Source: an uncultured Nitrospiraceae bacterium
GTDB taxonomy: Bacteria > Nitrospirota > Nitrospiria > Nitrospirales > Nitrospiraceae
NCBI GenBank assembly: GCA_963730935.1
Contig: CAVSTP010000003.1
Location: forward strand, 96,001-160,000
DNA: 64,000 bases
Direction of reading: 5' to 3'
Shown here: positions 1-9,355 of the stretch, piece by piece
Position numbering within the stretch: position 1 is the first letter of the stretch
Layout of the letters: each line of letters opens with the position of its first letter
The notes under the pieces: model-generated
The model's database searches: none
Seen by the model: only the letters and a program-made list of their open reading frames with translations
Told to the model about the DNA's origin: nothing
Translations under genes and position numbers: made by a program

Positions 1-1515
1 ATGAACCCCTTTTTTGATAAAGGTGCACACGTGCGGAAATATTTAGTTGGTTCTCTCCTCGTATTCTCGTCGCTTGCCTTCCGCATGCTGTTCGCACAGC
101 GAAAACAGGCGGAAGGGGAACTCAAGGCCATTGCCTGGCTGCTGCGGGAAGGGAGAACGCCGTTCCAAATGCCAAAAGTACAGGCCTATGGAGATTTGAC
201 TCAACTCAACACCGAAGGGACCATTCTCCGGACGGTTGGAAAAGATCTCCTCGTAAATGTCTCCGGTGATGCCCTCCACCTCATCGGGACCTCGGGCGCG
301 GTATGCGAAAGGAATGGAGAGTACGCCTCATGCCTCGTGGCATCGGACTGGTGTCGGTTCCTGGACCACACGTCGCGCGACCGCTGTGGCACGACCGACA
401 ATCGGGCTGCCTTGACCAGCGGCAAGTGGCATTGTCGAGAATCAGGTCGGGAAGCGTCGATCCTCGCGATGGAGACAGGGAAGCCGGTCGACATGCCCTG
501 CAAAGGTGGAATCAATCTGTATGCGGCACCAATCAAGGTCGATGGAGAAACGGTCGGAAGCATCGCCATTGGCTACGGGGATCCGCCCAAGGATCAACAG
601 CGACTGATGGAAGTGGCCGAGCGGTATGGCGTTCAGGTGGAGAGACTCCGCGAACTCAGCGCCAACATGCCGTCTCGGCCGCAATTCATCGTAGCGGTCG
701 CGAAAGCGCGCTTGCGAAGTGAGGCCAACTTGTTGGGGGAGATCATCAAACGGAAAGGCGTTGAAGAAGCCTTGGCCGACTTGACAAAACACCTCGAAGC
801 CCGCGTCACGAAGCGCACCGAGCAGCTCCGGGCGTTGGCAACTGAATTGAATCTTGCCGAGCAACAGGAGCGCAAGCGGCTGGCTGTGGAACTGCACGAT
901 CACCTGCAACATCTCCTGGTGCTGGGGAAACTAAAGATTGGCCAGGGGAAGCGGTATGCCCCGCCGATTCCTGTTTTGACTGACGCATTGAAGCAGGTTG
1001 ACCAGGTGTTGTCCGACGCCCTGCGCTACACGAGGACGTTGGTCGCCGAATTAAGTCCCGCTGTATTGAGGGATCACGGACTGTTAGCGGCGCTGACATG
1101 GCTGAGCGAGTATATGCAGAAACGCTCCGTAACTGTCACCGTGAGTATGCCTGAAGAGCTCCACCTCACCTTGCCGGAGGATCAAGCGATACTGCTGTTC
1201 CAATCTGTGCGAGAACTTCTCATCAACACCTCGAAATATGCAGGGACCGGCGCCGCCACGGTCACAGTCGAATGCCGCGACGATCAGTTACGAATACAAG
1301 TGCGCGATGAAGGCACCGGCTTCGACGTGGCTGCCACTACAGTTGCTGCAGTACCATCGATCGGTGGAGTGTCATTCAAATTTGGCCTGCTCAGTATCCT
1401 GGAGCGGATGCAGGCATTGGGGGGATCGTTCGACATTCAATCTGCCCCGGGGCAGGGAGTCACCGCGACGCTGACCCTGCCTCTGAGTCAAAGACAGACA
1501 AGACCGGCGGCATAA
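1..1515 (+). CDS. PocR-domain sensor histidine kinase (HisKA_3/HATPase_c, NarX/UhpB type); true start may lie outside the window
   Basis: Cys-patterned PocR-like sensor region (SDWC...WHC...CKGG, APIKVDGETVGSI); H-box ERKRLAVELHDHL; N-box ELLINTSKYA; G1 DEGTGFD; G2 FGLLSILER. Confidence 0.85.
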   Translation: MNPFFDKGAHVRKYLVGSLLVFSSLAFRMLFAQRKQAEGELKAIAWLLREGRTPFQMPKVQAYGDLTQLNTEGTILRTVGKDLLVNVSGDALHLIGTSGAVCERNGEYASCLVASDWCRFLDHTSRDRCGTTDNRAALTSGKWHCRESGREASILAMETGKPVDMPCKGGINLYAAPIKVDGETVGSIAIGYGDPPKDQQRLMEVAERYGVQVERLRELSANMPSRPQFIVAVAKARLRSEANLLGEIIKRKGVEEALADLTKHLEARVTKRTEQLRALATELNLAEQQERKRLAVELHDHLQHLLVLGKLKIGQGKRYAPPIPVLTDALKQVDQVLSDALRYTRTLVAELSPAVLRDHGLLAALTWLSEYMQKRSVTVTVSMPEELHLTLPEDQAILLFQSVRELLINTSKYAGTGAATVTVECRDDQLRIQVRDEGTGFDVAATTVAAVPSIGGVSFKFGLLSILERMQALGGSFDIQSAPGQGVTATLTLPLSQRQTRPAA

Positions 1516-1693
1516 GCACAGTAAAGGATAGACTGAACGAGAAATCATAGAACCGCGCACAAGCCCTTGGCCCGGCATGAACAAATGGGGATACCGTTGC
1601 AATAGCGAGCACTTGTCAAAAACAGCAGGCATTTCAGCCGCTAGGGGATTCGCTGATAGACAAATCGCTGATCTACTTTATACTCCTGACCAA

Positions 1694-2083
1694 ATGGAAA
1701 GTGGGAACAAGATACGAGTGCTTCTCGTTGATGATGATGTCCGTGTTCGTGAAACGTTAGGCAGTATCCTAAAAGCTTATTCCAACATCGAAGTGGTCGG
1801 TGAAGCTAGCGATGGTGACGAGGCCGTTACGAGTGTGGGAAAGCTCCGGCCCGCGGTGGTGGTAATGGATATCGCTATGAAGAAAATGGACGGAATTACG
1901 GCAGCTCGGTTAATCAAGGCCCAATATCCCGCTGTTCTCGTGGTGGGATGCTCTGCTCACACGGAAGAGTACCAGGTATACGCAATGCAGCGAGTACGCG
2001 CTTTTGAAGTGTTATTGAAGAAGGAGGATGCAGCCCAGGACTTGTACCCCTCGATACAGAGAGTTATGGCAGCGGCCGCTTAA
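1694..2083 (+). CDS. Single-domain NarL-type receiver (REC only)
   Basis: IRVLLVDDD, VVGEASDG, VVVMDIAM, MDGITAARLIK; no HTH; internal ATG 1694 of ORF 1577-2083 chosen. Confidence 0.85.
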   Translation: MESGNKIRVLLVDDDVRVRETLGSILKAYSNIEVVGEASDGDEAVTSVGKLRPAVVVMDIAMKKMDGITAARLIKAQYPAVLVVGCSAHTEEYQVYAMQRVRAFEVLLKKEDAAQDLYPSIQRVMAAAA

Positions 2084-2270
2084 TCCTACCGCGTCCCTCT
2101 CTCTATTCTTGCATATCTTTCCGTTTGGGGACTCGCTCTCACCCTGCTGCTGATGCCGTCATAGAACCGCTTCCGACCTTCCCTGACCAGTCCGCTTTGC
2201 CGACCGTCGTTCGGCTCTAGACACTCACCCAGTGTGACCTATTAATTCCCAGTGTATGTCTGGTCGTGAT

Positions 2271-2455
2271 ATGTCTTTCATGCACCTTGTGAGTGAATTC
2301 CAGCGGAAGGGAAAGAAGTCTGTCGGCGCATGGGCTCTCCAGAGGGAACGACCCTCTCCAGAGCGGATCTTCAGGTACTCAGGGACCAGTCACATGTTCT
2401 TTATAAGGAAGCGGTGAGTCTACTGAACAAGAAGGAGACAAGAGGAAGTGAATGA
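2271..2455 (+). pseudogene. Possible frameshifted small helical protein
   Basis: MSFMHLVSEFQRKGK continues, after a 1-nt shift near 2313, as EVCRRMGSPEGTTLSRADLQVLRDQSHVLYKEAVSLLNKK; layout resembles the other small helical-hairpin proteins in the window. Confidence 0.3.
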
Positions 2456-2478
2456 TCAAACCTATCCTTGGGGGAGGC

Positions 2479-2859
2479 TTATTCACTAGAATTGCGCGGC
2501 GAAGAATTTTTCCGATCCGTGATGTCCCGAAATACCAGGATGACTCCAGGTGTGGAGGGGTACCCCTGTATTTCGTACCAGCGCTTGTCTCCAGGATAGA
2601 GAAACTCGAATTTGATTGAGGCGTGATCTTCGAGCGCCTTACGAAGCTCCCCCTCGACGGTGGTGCCTTTCACGTCTGGAAACACTTCCCACAATGATTT
2701 GCCGATCATGATCTGAGGGTCTTGGCCTAACCGACGGAACGTACCTGCTGCGGCCTTGTTCATCGCCACATACTTCGATTGCCCATCGAGTTTCACGACA
2801 GCATCCTCGATGCCATCAAGGATGGCCATGAGATCGTCTTTCCGGAATGGACTTTCCAT
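2479..2859 (-). CDS. Stand-alone PAS (PAS_4-like) protein
   Basis: ILDGIEDAVVKLD...MNKAA...MIGKSLWEVFP...VILVFRDITDRK; close paralog of 55730-56104. Confidence 0.85.
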   Translation of the reverse strand: MESPFRKDDLMAILDGIEDAVVKLDGQSKYVAMNKAAAGTFRRLGQDPQIMIGKSLWEVFPDVKGTTVEGELRKALEDHASIKFEFLYPGDKRWYEIQGYPSTPGVILVFRDITDRKNSSPRNSSE

Positions 2860-3090
2860 TATCACTACGGTAGCGAGAAATATCCTCGCCGTCCAGACAC
2901 GGAAACCCTGAAAGGTATTGGGGAGAATGGTGGATGGAATGCGCAAGGCATTGATTTCTTAGCGGCTCCGTCAGTTTGTTATACCGATCCGCATATGGAG
3001 GTAGGCGCAATCGTACAAGCCTAGAATTAGGTTTTCGTGTATCTTCGGCGAAATTTTAGCTTCCGTCTGTCATCGCTGGAAGACTCGGCC

Positions 3091-3258
3091 ATGCGAGAAG
3101 ACCAAGCCAAAATCAAACGCGAAGAGTGGGCAGCGAAGGGAAGTCCACCATGCGAACACCGTACGCTCAAGCTGCTTTATACTGTCGAGAACTACATTAC
3201 TGGCGATTATGTGTGCGTTGACTGTGGCGAATGCGTCGGCAAAGTCTCGAAACCTTAG
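3091..3258 (+). CDS. Small Cys/His zinc-ribbon-like protein
   Basis: 55 aa with CEH...YVCVDCGEC. Confidence 0.55.
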   Translation: MREDQAKIKREEWAAKGSPPCEHRTLKLLYTVENYITGDYVCVDCGECVGKVSKP

Positions 3259-3607
3259 TTCAAGAATTTTCCCTCTAATGCGGTCAGGCGGCGAGTACCC
3301 TTGGTCCCTACGGCTGGACAAGTGTTCCTAGAGCAGGAGACAAAACATTCCTATCTGTCGCTTCTTTACCTTCATCGGGCCAGTTTCGATTTACTCTCGC
3401 CCTTTTAGCTTATCGCTCTCCCTAGAAAGATCATTTGATTCCGGCTTTTTCTTGGTTCAGGTGAGGGGTCTCACTGGTGCACGGTCACAAGTTTATTAAC
3501 GGATTAGGAACTTATCTACAGGTGCAACTCTTGCTCCTTATAAGAAAATGGAGTGCTCAGAAAGGCTGAACTTTACGTACGTATCGTATTGCGTGGAGGA
3601 GGGAGGT

Positions 3608-4111
3608 ATGCCAGTCCAACGCTTCATTGTAGGATCGGCTCTCATCATCTTGACCGGCTGTCAGCATTCGCTTGTGCGCGACATTATGCCCGCCGTATCC
3701 AGAACCGGCGAAGTTCAGGATGTTGTCATTCAAGACACCGTTTCGCCGACTTCCATCATGGCTAAACCTGGGGATGAAATTCGATGGATCAATAAGCGGC
3801 AAGCTGACGTCCAAGTGATCGTTATCAGTCGCCCCAGGGAGCAACTCACATGTCAGCGGAGCTTCTGGGGAATGATGGGAGCGGACAGTAATCAGTACAC
3901 TGCGAACGTGGAGAGGAATGATACAGCAGCTATCTGCTTTCGAGATCCCACCGAACTAAAGTATGTCGTGAGAACAAAATCGGGTGATCCCAGTGGAGAG
4001 CACAGCTTTCCGGGGACAATTAAGATCGCGCAGGAGGAAGACCCAGGCCCTTCGATGCAGACACGCGAAACGGCCTCTCTGACAAAGGAGGAACCATCCT
4101 TAATTCCATGA
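3608..4111 (+). CDS. Lipoprotein with cupredoxin-like fold, no obvious copper ligand set
   Basis: GGAGG RBS; lipobox LTGC; VSPTSIMAKPGDEIRWIN pattern; two internal Cys. Confidence 0.6.
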   Translation: MPVQRFIVGSALIILTGCQHSLVRDIMPAVSRTGEVQDVVIQDTVSPTSIMAKPGDEIRWINKRQADVQVIVISRPREQLTCQRSFWGMMGADSNQYTANVERNDTAAICFRDPTELKYVVRTKSGDPSGEHSFPGTIKIAQEEDPGPSMQTRETASLTKEEPSLIP

Positions 4112-4375
4112 ACAGGTCATGGACATTCGCATGCCCCGCATTAGAGTGTGATCGAACAAGACTACTGGGCACATCCCTCAATTTCAGGGATTTGGAGAGT
4201 ATCACTCGTGCCTCTGCGTTTTAATTACGTCAGCGTATTCCTAGGTTCGGCTCGGGGCCTTACCAGTAGTGCATCCCCTACACCTCGCCTAAGGTTTAAG
4301 GGACAAATGAAAAGCGGAAATCTCGCTCGCTTTGCTCCTGTCAAATCAAGCGACAGCGTTGACTAATGTGAAACA

Positions 4376-4588
4376 ATGAATTTCTTCAAAAAACACCGGG
4401 CGCTTGCCTCACTCAATCAGGCGAGCAGGAATCTGCTCGAAATCCTATCAGATGGAACTGAACTAGACGAGTGTGACCAGTCGTACATTCAATGTCATTT
4501 GCGTCTCATGGAGTTGACCTACTCCAATTGGAAGAACAGCCCGATCGAGAAATCAACCAAGGAAGCAGATATTCGCCCCGCTGCCTAA
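4376..4588 (+). CDS. Small helical-hairpin protein (paralog of 63053-63241)
   Basis: DQSYIQCHLRLMELTYSNWK aligns with EQVFIENHIHIIQSAYSSWK. Confidence 0.6.
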   Translation: MNFFKKHRALASLNQASRNLLEILSDGTELDECDQSYIQCHLRLMELTYSNWKNSPIEKSTKEADIRPAA

Positions 4589-4729
4589 TTACGGCGCCGT
4601 GGTCGTCTTCCCGCCGAGCCCAGTAGCATTCCGCAGCCTGCATCAACAACTCATTTTGGGCGAACACCTCTGCACGTTTGTCTATGCCAAAACGGATTTG
4701 CATCCCACCAAACTGTCCGATCGCGGTAT

Positions 4730-5377
4730 TCAGAGCGTGGTAAGTCCGTGGGCCAGAGCGAACTTGATGAGGTCGGCGGTCGTATGGACGCCAACCTTCC
4801 GTGTGATGTTGGCTTTGTGGAATTCAACAGTCTTTATCGAGATGTTCAGCTGCTGCGCAATCTGCTTTGCCGTCTCGCCTTGTGCCAACAGAACTAGAAT
4901 CTCTCGTTGTCGATCGGTAAGATCGCCGGAATAGCCCTCAGGCCTGAACCACTCGTCTTCCAACGCCTCGCGCACCTCTGGCGTAATCTGACACGACAGG
5001 AAACGTTTGTTAGCAAGCACCGTGTGAATCGCCTGACGCAGTTCCTCTGACGCCGACTGCTTTAGCACGTAGCCGCTCGCTCCTGCTTTAAATGCCTCAC
5101 TGATGGAAATGGCTTCTGTTAACATCGTCACGAGAATCACTTTTACTTTGGGAAGGTGTTTTCTTAGTTCTTTGGCAGCCGCAAAGCCGCTTAATCCCGG
5201 CATGCACGCGTCCAAGAGAATGACGTCCGGCCGGTACTCCAGCGCACGTTTGATGATTTCACCGGAGTCCTGCACCGTACCCACAATTTGGAAATGCGGT
5301 TCGAGCAGGGTGCTGATACTTTCAAGTACGAGCGGATGATCATCGACGATCAAGATTTTCGTCGTGTGTGTTTGCAC
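4730..5377 (-). CDS. NarL/FixJ-family response regulator (REC + LuxR HTH)
   Basis: ILIVDDH, ILLDACMPGLSG, GYVLK, LTDRQREIL...ISIKTVEFHKANI. Confidence 0.95.
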   Translation of the reverse strand: MQTHTTKILIVDDHPLVLESISTLLEPHFQIVGTVQDSGEIIKRALEYRPDVILLDACMPGLSGFAAAKELRKHLPKVKVILVTMLTEAISISEAFKAGASGYVLKQSASEELRQAIHTVLANKRFLSCQITPEVREALEDEWFRPEGYSGDLTDRQREILVLLAQGETAKQIAQQLNISIKTVEFHKANITRKVGVHTTADLIKFALAHGLTTL

Positions 5378-5413
5378 GCTTCAACCCTCACAAGTATCTA
5401 TTGGTGAGACACC

Positions 5414-5450
5414 AAAAAAAGAGCCCGCCTCCCTTTCGGTGAGCGGGCTC
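5414..5450 (-). terminator. Intrinsic terminator about 37 nt upstream of the NarL gene start
   Basis: Minus strand GAGCCCGC-TCACCGAAAGGGAG-GCGGGCTC followed by T7. Confidence 0.8.
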
Positions 5451-5495
5451 CTACTCTTGGATTCGGCAATGTTTCCACTGCCGTAGTCTAAGATA
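5414..5495 (-). ncRNA. Putative ~80-nt sRNA or attenuator leader
   Basis: Extended -10 TGGTACACT (5501-5509), hairpin CGGCAGTG-GAAA-CATTGCCG, then the terminator; no ORF. Confidence 0.4.
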
Positions 5496-5598
5496 AAGGC
5501 AGTGTACCACCAGCGCCTCCACAGAATGGCTAGGGAAAACACTGGGAGCTCCCTGGAAAAACACGAGCTAACGAGAAGGATGTATCACGGCAGTGATG

Positions 5599-5754
5599 CT
5601 AGCGTAGGTCCACCCACCACTTTGGGGACTGACCTTGTTTAACTGCGTTGCTGCAACAATTAAGGATCGTAATCAGGCCAAGCTGAAACTCGAATGCATC
5701 GCCTTTGACGAAGGCACTATCGAGCATGTCGATGGCGTGGCGAATCGCAGCCAT
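5599..5754 (-). pseudogene. 5'-truncated paralog of 11690-11953 (51 aa)
   Basis: MAAIRHAIDMLDSAFVKGDAFEFQLGLITILNCCSNAVKQGQSPKWW vs IHESITSMDEAFVQGDSKLFEACLIVLLDHCAELVNRGDYQQWW. Confidence 0.55.
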
Positions 5755-6015
5755 GGCCTGTGGAATGGCCCCATGAAGGGTTCTAGCCCTACTTGGTTTC
5801 CTATCTAGTTGACTTCCTGGAGAATTCCTTCATACTCATCTTTGGTTCCTGAATTCCACATCCCCTTGCGGCCTCCCCTTTGACCGCGTCCCCGTCTGAA
5901 AGGCGAGCGACATCATTCGTCACTTCTTGCTTCCAAAAGATGAGAGTGGCCACTGCTGGGAGATCAGACTTCTAGCGGACGGTACCATTCAACACCGCAA
6001 AGCATCCGGAACGAG

Positions 6016-6438
6016 ATGAGCGCGGAGGGTGACGCTCAACGAACACCTCGCGCCGGTGAAGCACTTCGCATTCTCGTGGTCGATGATTTTGCTCCTGTTC
6101 GGGAATCCCTTTGCAGCTTGTTTCTAGCGTACGAACCCTTAACTGTCGTCGGTGAGGCCACAGACGGGGAGGCAGCCGTTGAAATGGCCTTTCGGCTCCT
6201 TCCTCACATCATTGTCATGGATGTGAAAATGCCTCGGATAAGTGGCGTGGAGGCAACTCGGCGGATCAAACGGTTTCTTCCAGGCGTCCACATCATTGGA
6301 ATCTCCACGCTAGATGACGCTTTCATAAGAGAATCCATGAAAGCCGTCGGATCTTCACACTTCGTCACAAAAGACTACGCCCATACACTTCCTGACCTCA
6401 TTGCCAAGATTACCGGCAGCCCAATCACAAGACGTTAG
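6016..6438 (+). CDS. Single-domain receiver (REC only)
   Basis: RILVVDDF, VVGEATDG, IIVMDVKMP, FVTK. Confidence 0.88.
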   Translation: MSAEGDAQRTPRAGEALRILVVDDFAPVRESLCSLFLAYEPLTVVGEATDGEAAVEMAFRLLPHIIVMDVKMPRISGVEATRRIKRFLPGVHIIGISTLDDAFIRESMKAVGSSHFVTKDYAHTLPDLIAKITGSPITRR

Positions 6439-7021
6439 AGGCAAGCAAAACGTTGATGTGTATCTTCACTTGATCCTACTCTGCTACCGCGCTGCTACGA
6501 TTCAGCCTCCGCACTGAGCGTCGTCGATTGTCCACATAACTATTTTGGCGTTCCATTGTCCACCGCGGCATCGCGGTCGATTGTGTCGGGGGCTATATCT
6601 CGTTAGATGGAGGTAGGTCTCGCGGGCTTCTGTTCCGAGTTCTCCAATATCGAATACGACACCAGCAATGGGATCGGATCAGATGCATCGAGGATTGGAT
6701 CCGATTCACAAACAGCTCACGTGCTGGATCGTGGTTCGCATAATTCTCTGTGTTTTCCATCCATTCAGTTCTCACTATCACAGGTACGTGTGATGCAGTC
6801 ATTTGTATCCGTAAGAAGAGCATCAAGCGTTTCGCTAGAGGATTGGGAATTCTCGACAAGGTAGACCGATCGGCGTCAGAGAAAGGTCTGCGCTCAACCA
6901 AAGGAGGCGAAGCATGAATCATAGAATATGTTGATCGCGTCGAGTGCGACTTGGCAAGCAAGGCACGCGTGGAAGACCTTAAATAACGGGGGCACCCTTT
7001 ACTAACACGGAGGGACGAATC

Positions 7022-7543
7022 ATGAGATACCTAAGTGGCATAGGTACAACCGTAGCGCTCTTGGCCCTTGCCGTTCCAACTGGGGCGGAGACGTTGACCC
7101 AAGGGTCAACCGGATCGGGTCAGCCTCAAATGATCAGGTCACAAAATACGGACCCAGATGCCGAAGTGGTGATGAAGGATAAGACGTTCCGCATCGCCAA
7201 AGGAGAAACTGCGAAAGGATTCATGCTCTTGGCTGGTGCCCGCGCCGACATCGTCCTGAGGAACGAAGATACCGTGGCACATGAGTTCGTGTCCTCAATG
7301 CTTTTCAATGTTCCATTTCGGCTCGATGGTAACGGTGCGTTCATAAAGTTGCCGACTGCGGCGGGGGTGCGCGTTGATCCCGGAAATGTTGTCCGATTGA
7401 CTTTCGATGTCCCTCAGGACTCCAAAGAGTTTCAAAATCTCTACGAGGTATTCTGGTGCAACGTCCACGGGAAGCAGCACGGCGACAAAATGCGCGGAGA
7501 GGTGTTGATCGTCGAGCAAAGGGGTGAGGTTGGAGGAGGTTGA
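7022..7543 (+). CDS. Exported cupredoxin-like protein 1 (His...Cys-His-Met set)
   Basis: Signal peptide; LRNEDTVAHEF; FWCNVHGKQHGDKMRG. Confidence 0.75.
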   Translation: MRYLSGIGTTVALLALAVPTGAETLTQGSTGSGQPQMIRSQNTDPDAEVVMKDKTFRIAKGETAKGFMLLAGARADIVLRNEDTVAHEFVSSMLFNVPFRLDGNGAFIKLPTAAGVRVDPGNVVRLTFDVPQDSKEFQNLYEVFWCNVHGKQHGDKMRGEVLIVEQRGEVGGG

Positions 7544-7594
7544 CGGCAGAGCGAACGCTCGAAGCAGTGCGTGAGTGGCCCAGGGGAGTTGTGT

Positions 7595-8146
7595 ATGGCT
7601 CATGGCTTGTCGTATGTAACACGCCCGTTGCGAGAGGCAAGGAGCGAATCCAGAAGCGCTGGCGCGTGCTCCACTTTTCTGCAGCTCATGGTCTTGGCTG
7701 TTGTGCTAGCCGGTGGAGTATGCGTCGCTCTCGCCCAAGCTGAGGAGGCCGAGTATGAGCCCGACGTGATTCTGGTCATCAAGGAGAAGGCTTTCCACAT
7801 GGTCAAGGGGAAGTCCGCGGGGGAAAATTCGCTGCATCCAGCCTTCTCCTTGTCCGCTGGTGAGGATATCATCCTGGAGTTGCGCAACGAGGATAGTCTG
7901 CCCCATGAGTTCGTCTCCCCCTTGTTCGCGAAGGTGGAATTCCAATTCTGGGGCAAAGCGACGCTGGTCTACACGTATACGGCCAATGGGCTACGCATCG
8001 ATCCAGGAGAGAGAGTAGCTCTTCGCTTTGAGCTGCCGAAGGACTTCAGTGGGGAGCTGTTCAAATTCTGGTGCAACGTTCACGGAAAGCTACACGGCGA
8101 CGTCCTGCAAGGGGAAATGTTTATCGTGAAGCCCAAGCATGGGTGA
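7595..8146 (+). CDS. Exported cupredoxin-like protein 2 (Leu at the Met position)
   Basis: LRNEDSLPHEF; FWCNVHGKLHGDVLQG; GGGGAG RBS before ATG 7595; start uncertain. Confidence 0.72.
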   Translation: MAHGLSYVTRPLREARSESRSAGACSTFLQLMVLAVVLAGGVCVALAQAEEAEYEPDVILVIKEKAFHMVKGKSAGENSLHPAFSLSAGEDIILELRNEDSLPHEFVSPLFAKVEFQFWGKATLVYTYTANGLRIDPGERVALRFELPKDFSGELFKFWCNVHGKLHGDVLQGEMFIVKPKHG

Positions 8147-8167
8147 CCGAGAACGGGAAAGGCTCAG

Positions 8168-8698
8168 ATGAAACAAATGACCAGGCTGGCGGTACTGTTC
8201 GCCACAACGATGGTTGGCGCTACGGTTGGGACAGCCCTCATTTCCCCCCATGGCAGCATCTGGGCACATGACGGAGCCCCCGATATTCACCAGGGCGCTC
8301 ATTCGTCAGCCCAACCGCCCGCCGTCGATGTCGAGATCATCATTCGGGAGGGAGGGCATCCCATTCTCAAGGGACAACAGACGCACGGACAAGTCCTTAG
8401 GTTGGTTGCGGGCGAATCTATCGTCCTTGCGCTCCGGAACGAAGATATCGGTCCTCGTGAATTCATTTCTCCTCTCTTTACTAGGACAGAGATACATTTT
8501 GTGGGACGCGCAACAGGAATGTTTCGGAAAGACGCGGCTGGGTTTCGGTTGAATCCTGGGGATACCTTGACCTTGCAGTTTATGGCGCCCTACAGCGGAT
8601 TTCACAGAATGTATGATCTGATTTGGTGTAGTCATGACGGGAAGGCCGGCACAGAGGTGCAGGAACTGTTGATTGTCATGACCGAAGAGAAGATGTAA
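8168..8698 (+). CDS. Exported cupredoxin-like protein 3 (degenerate copper site)
   Basis: Signal peptide; LRNEDIGPREF (His to Arg); IWCSHDGK. Confidence 0.68.
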   Translation: MKQMTRLAVLFATTMVGATVGTALISPHGSIWAHDGAPDIHQGAHSSAQPPAVDVEIIIREGGHPILKGQQTHGQVLRLVAGESIVLALRNEDIGPREFISPLFTRTEIHFVGRATGMFRKDAAGFRLNPGDTLTLQFMAPYSGFHRMYDLIWCSHDGKAGTEVQELLIVMTEEKM

Positions 8699-8742
8699 CG
8701 GCGCTGGAAGCGGGACAGTCTGGGTCTTCAAGGGGGTCTGCC

Positions 8743-9327
8743 ATGCGTGCACCAACTCGGAGCAGTGTCATCCTTTTCGGCCTCGCCCTGCTCCTTTCTG
8801 AAGAACTCATGGGTGAAGTGGCGCGCACAGGAGTGCAAGGAGGAATTCCACCAGAGGTGGTGGCCGAGTACGTCTATGCGATCGTTCAAGCTAATCGCAC
8901 CCTGTATACGACCCACGTGGCGGAACGCATGCAGGAACTAGGGGTGGTTGTGGCGACCGAACAGTGGAAGAAGCAGGGAACGTTGCCACTTCCAGCACAA
9001 ATGCTGCTTATGGCAGGGGAGGATGTTGAAGGGCAAGGAACCAATTTGCGCATCCGGCTGTCCAGCCTATGGCCGATCAACAAGGCGAATGCTCCAGCTG
9101 ATGACTTTGAACGGATCGGATTAGAGAGGGTGGCAAAGGAGCCACAAAAGCCGTATACCGGTATCGTTACCCAAGGGGAGCGACGTATGTTCAAGGCCAT
9201 CTACGCCGATCGAGCTGTCACGAAAGCCTGTATCGAGTGCCACAACGGCCATGCCTTGAGCAATAAGCGAGACCTTAAGCTCTACGATGTAATGGGAGGA
9301 ATCGTCATTTCATTCCCGTCCCGCTAA
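8743..9327 (+). CDS. DUF3365/Tll0287-like c-type heme protein
   Basis: N-terminal hydrophobic segment; LPLPAQML; IRLSSLWPIN; CIECH heme motif; MGGIVISFP terminus. Confidence 0.85.
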   Translation: MRAPTRSSVILFGLALLLSEELMGEVARTGVQGGIPPEVVAEYVYAIVQANRTLYTTHVAERMQELGVVVATEQWKKQGTLPLPAQMLLMAGEDVEGQGTNLRIRLSSLWPINKANAPADDFERIGLERVAKEPQKPYTGIVTQGERRMFKAIYADRAVTKACIECHNGHALSNKRDLKLYDVMGGIVISFPSR

Positions 9328-9355
9328 GCGCGTAACGAGGTGAGCCTCGTCTACA

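Noticed and set aside
5414..5495. c-di-GMP-I riboswitch
   Set aside because: It has GNRA loops but lacks the GGCAAA/GACGCAAAGC-type consensus
6440..7020. ORFs 6593-6961 and 6607-6864, and FNR-like TTGAT half-sites
   Set aside because: No convincing RBS or motifs, and no complete TTGAT-N4-ATCAA site
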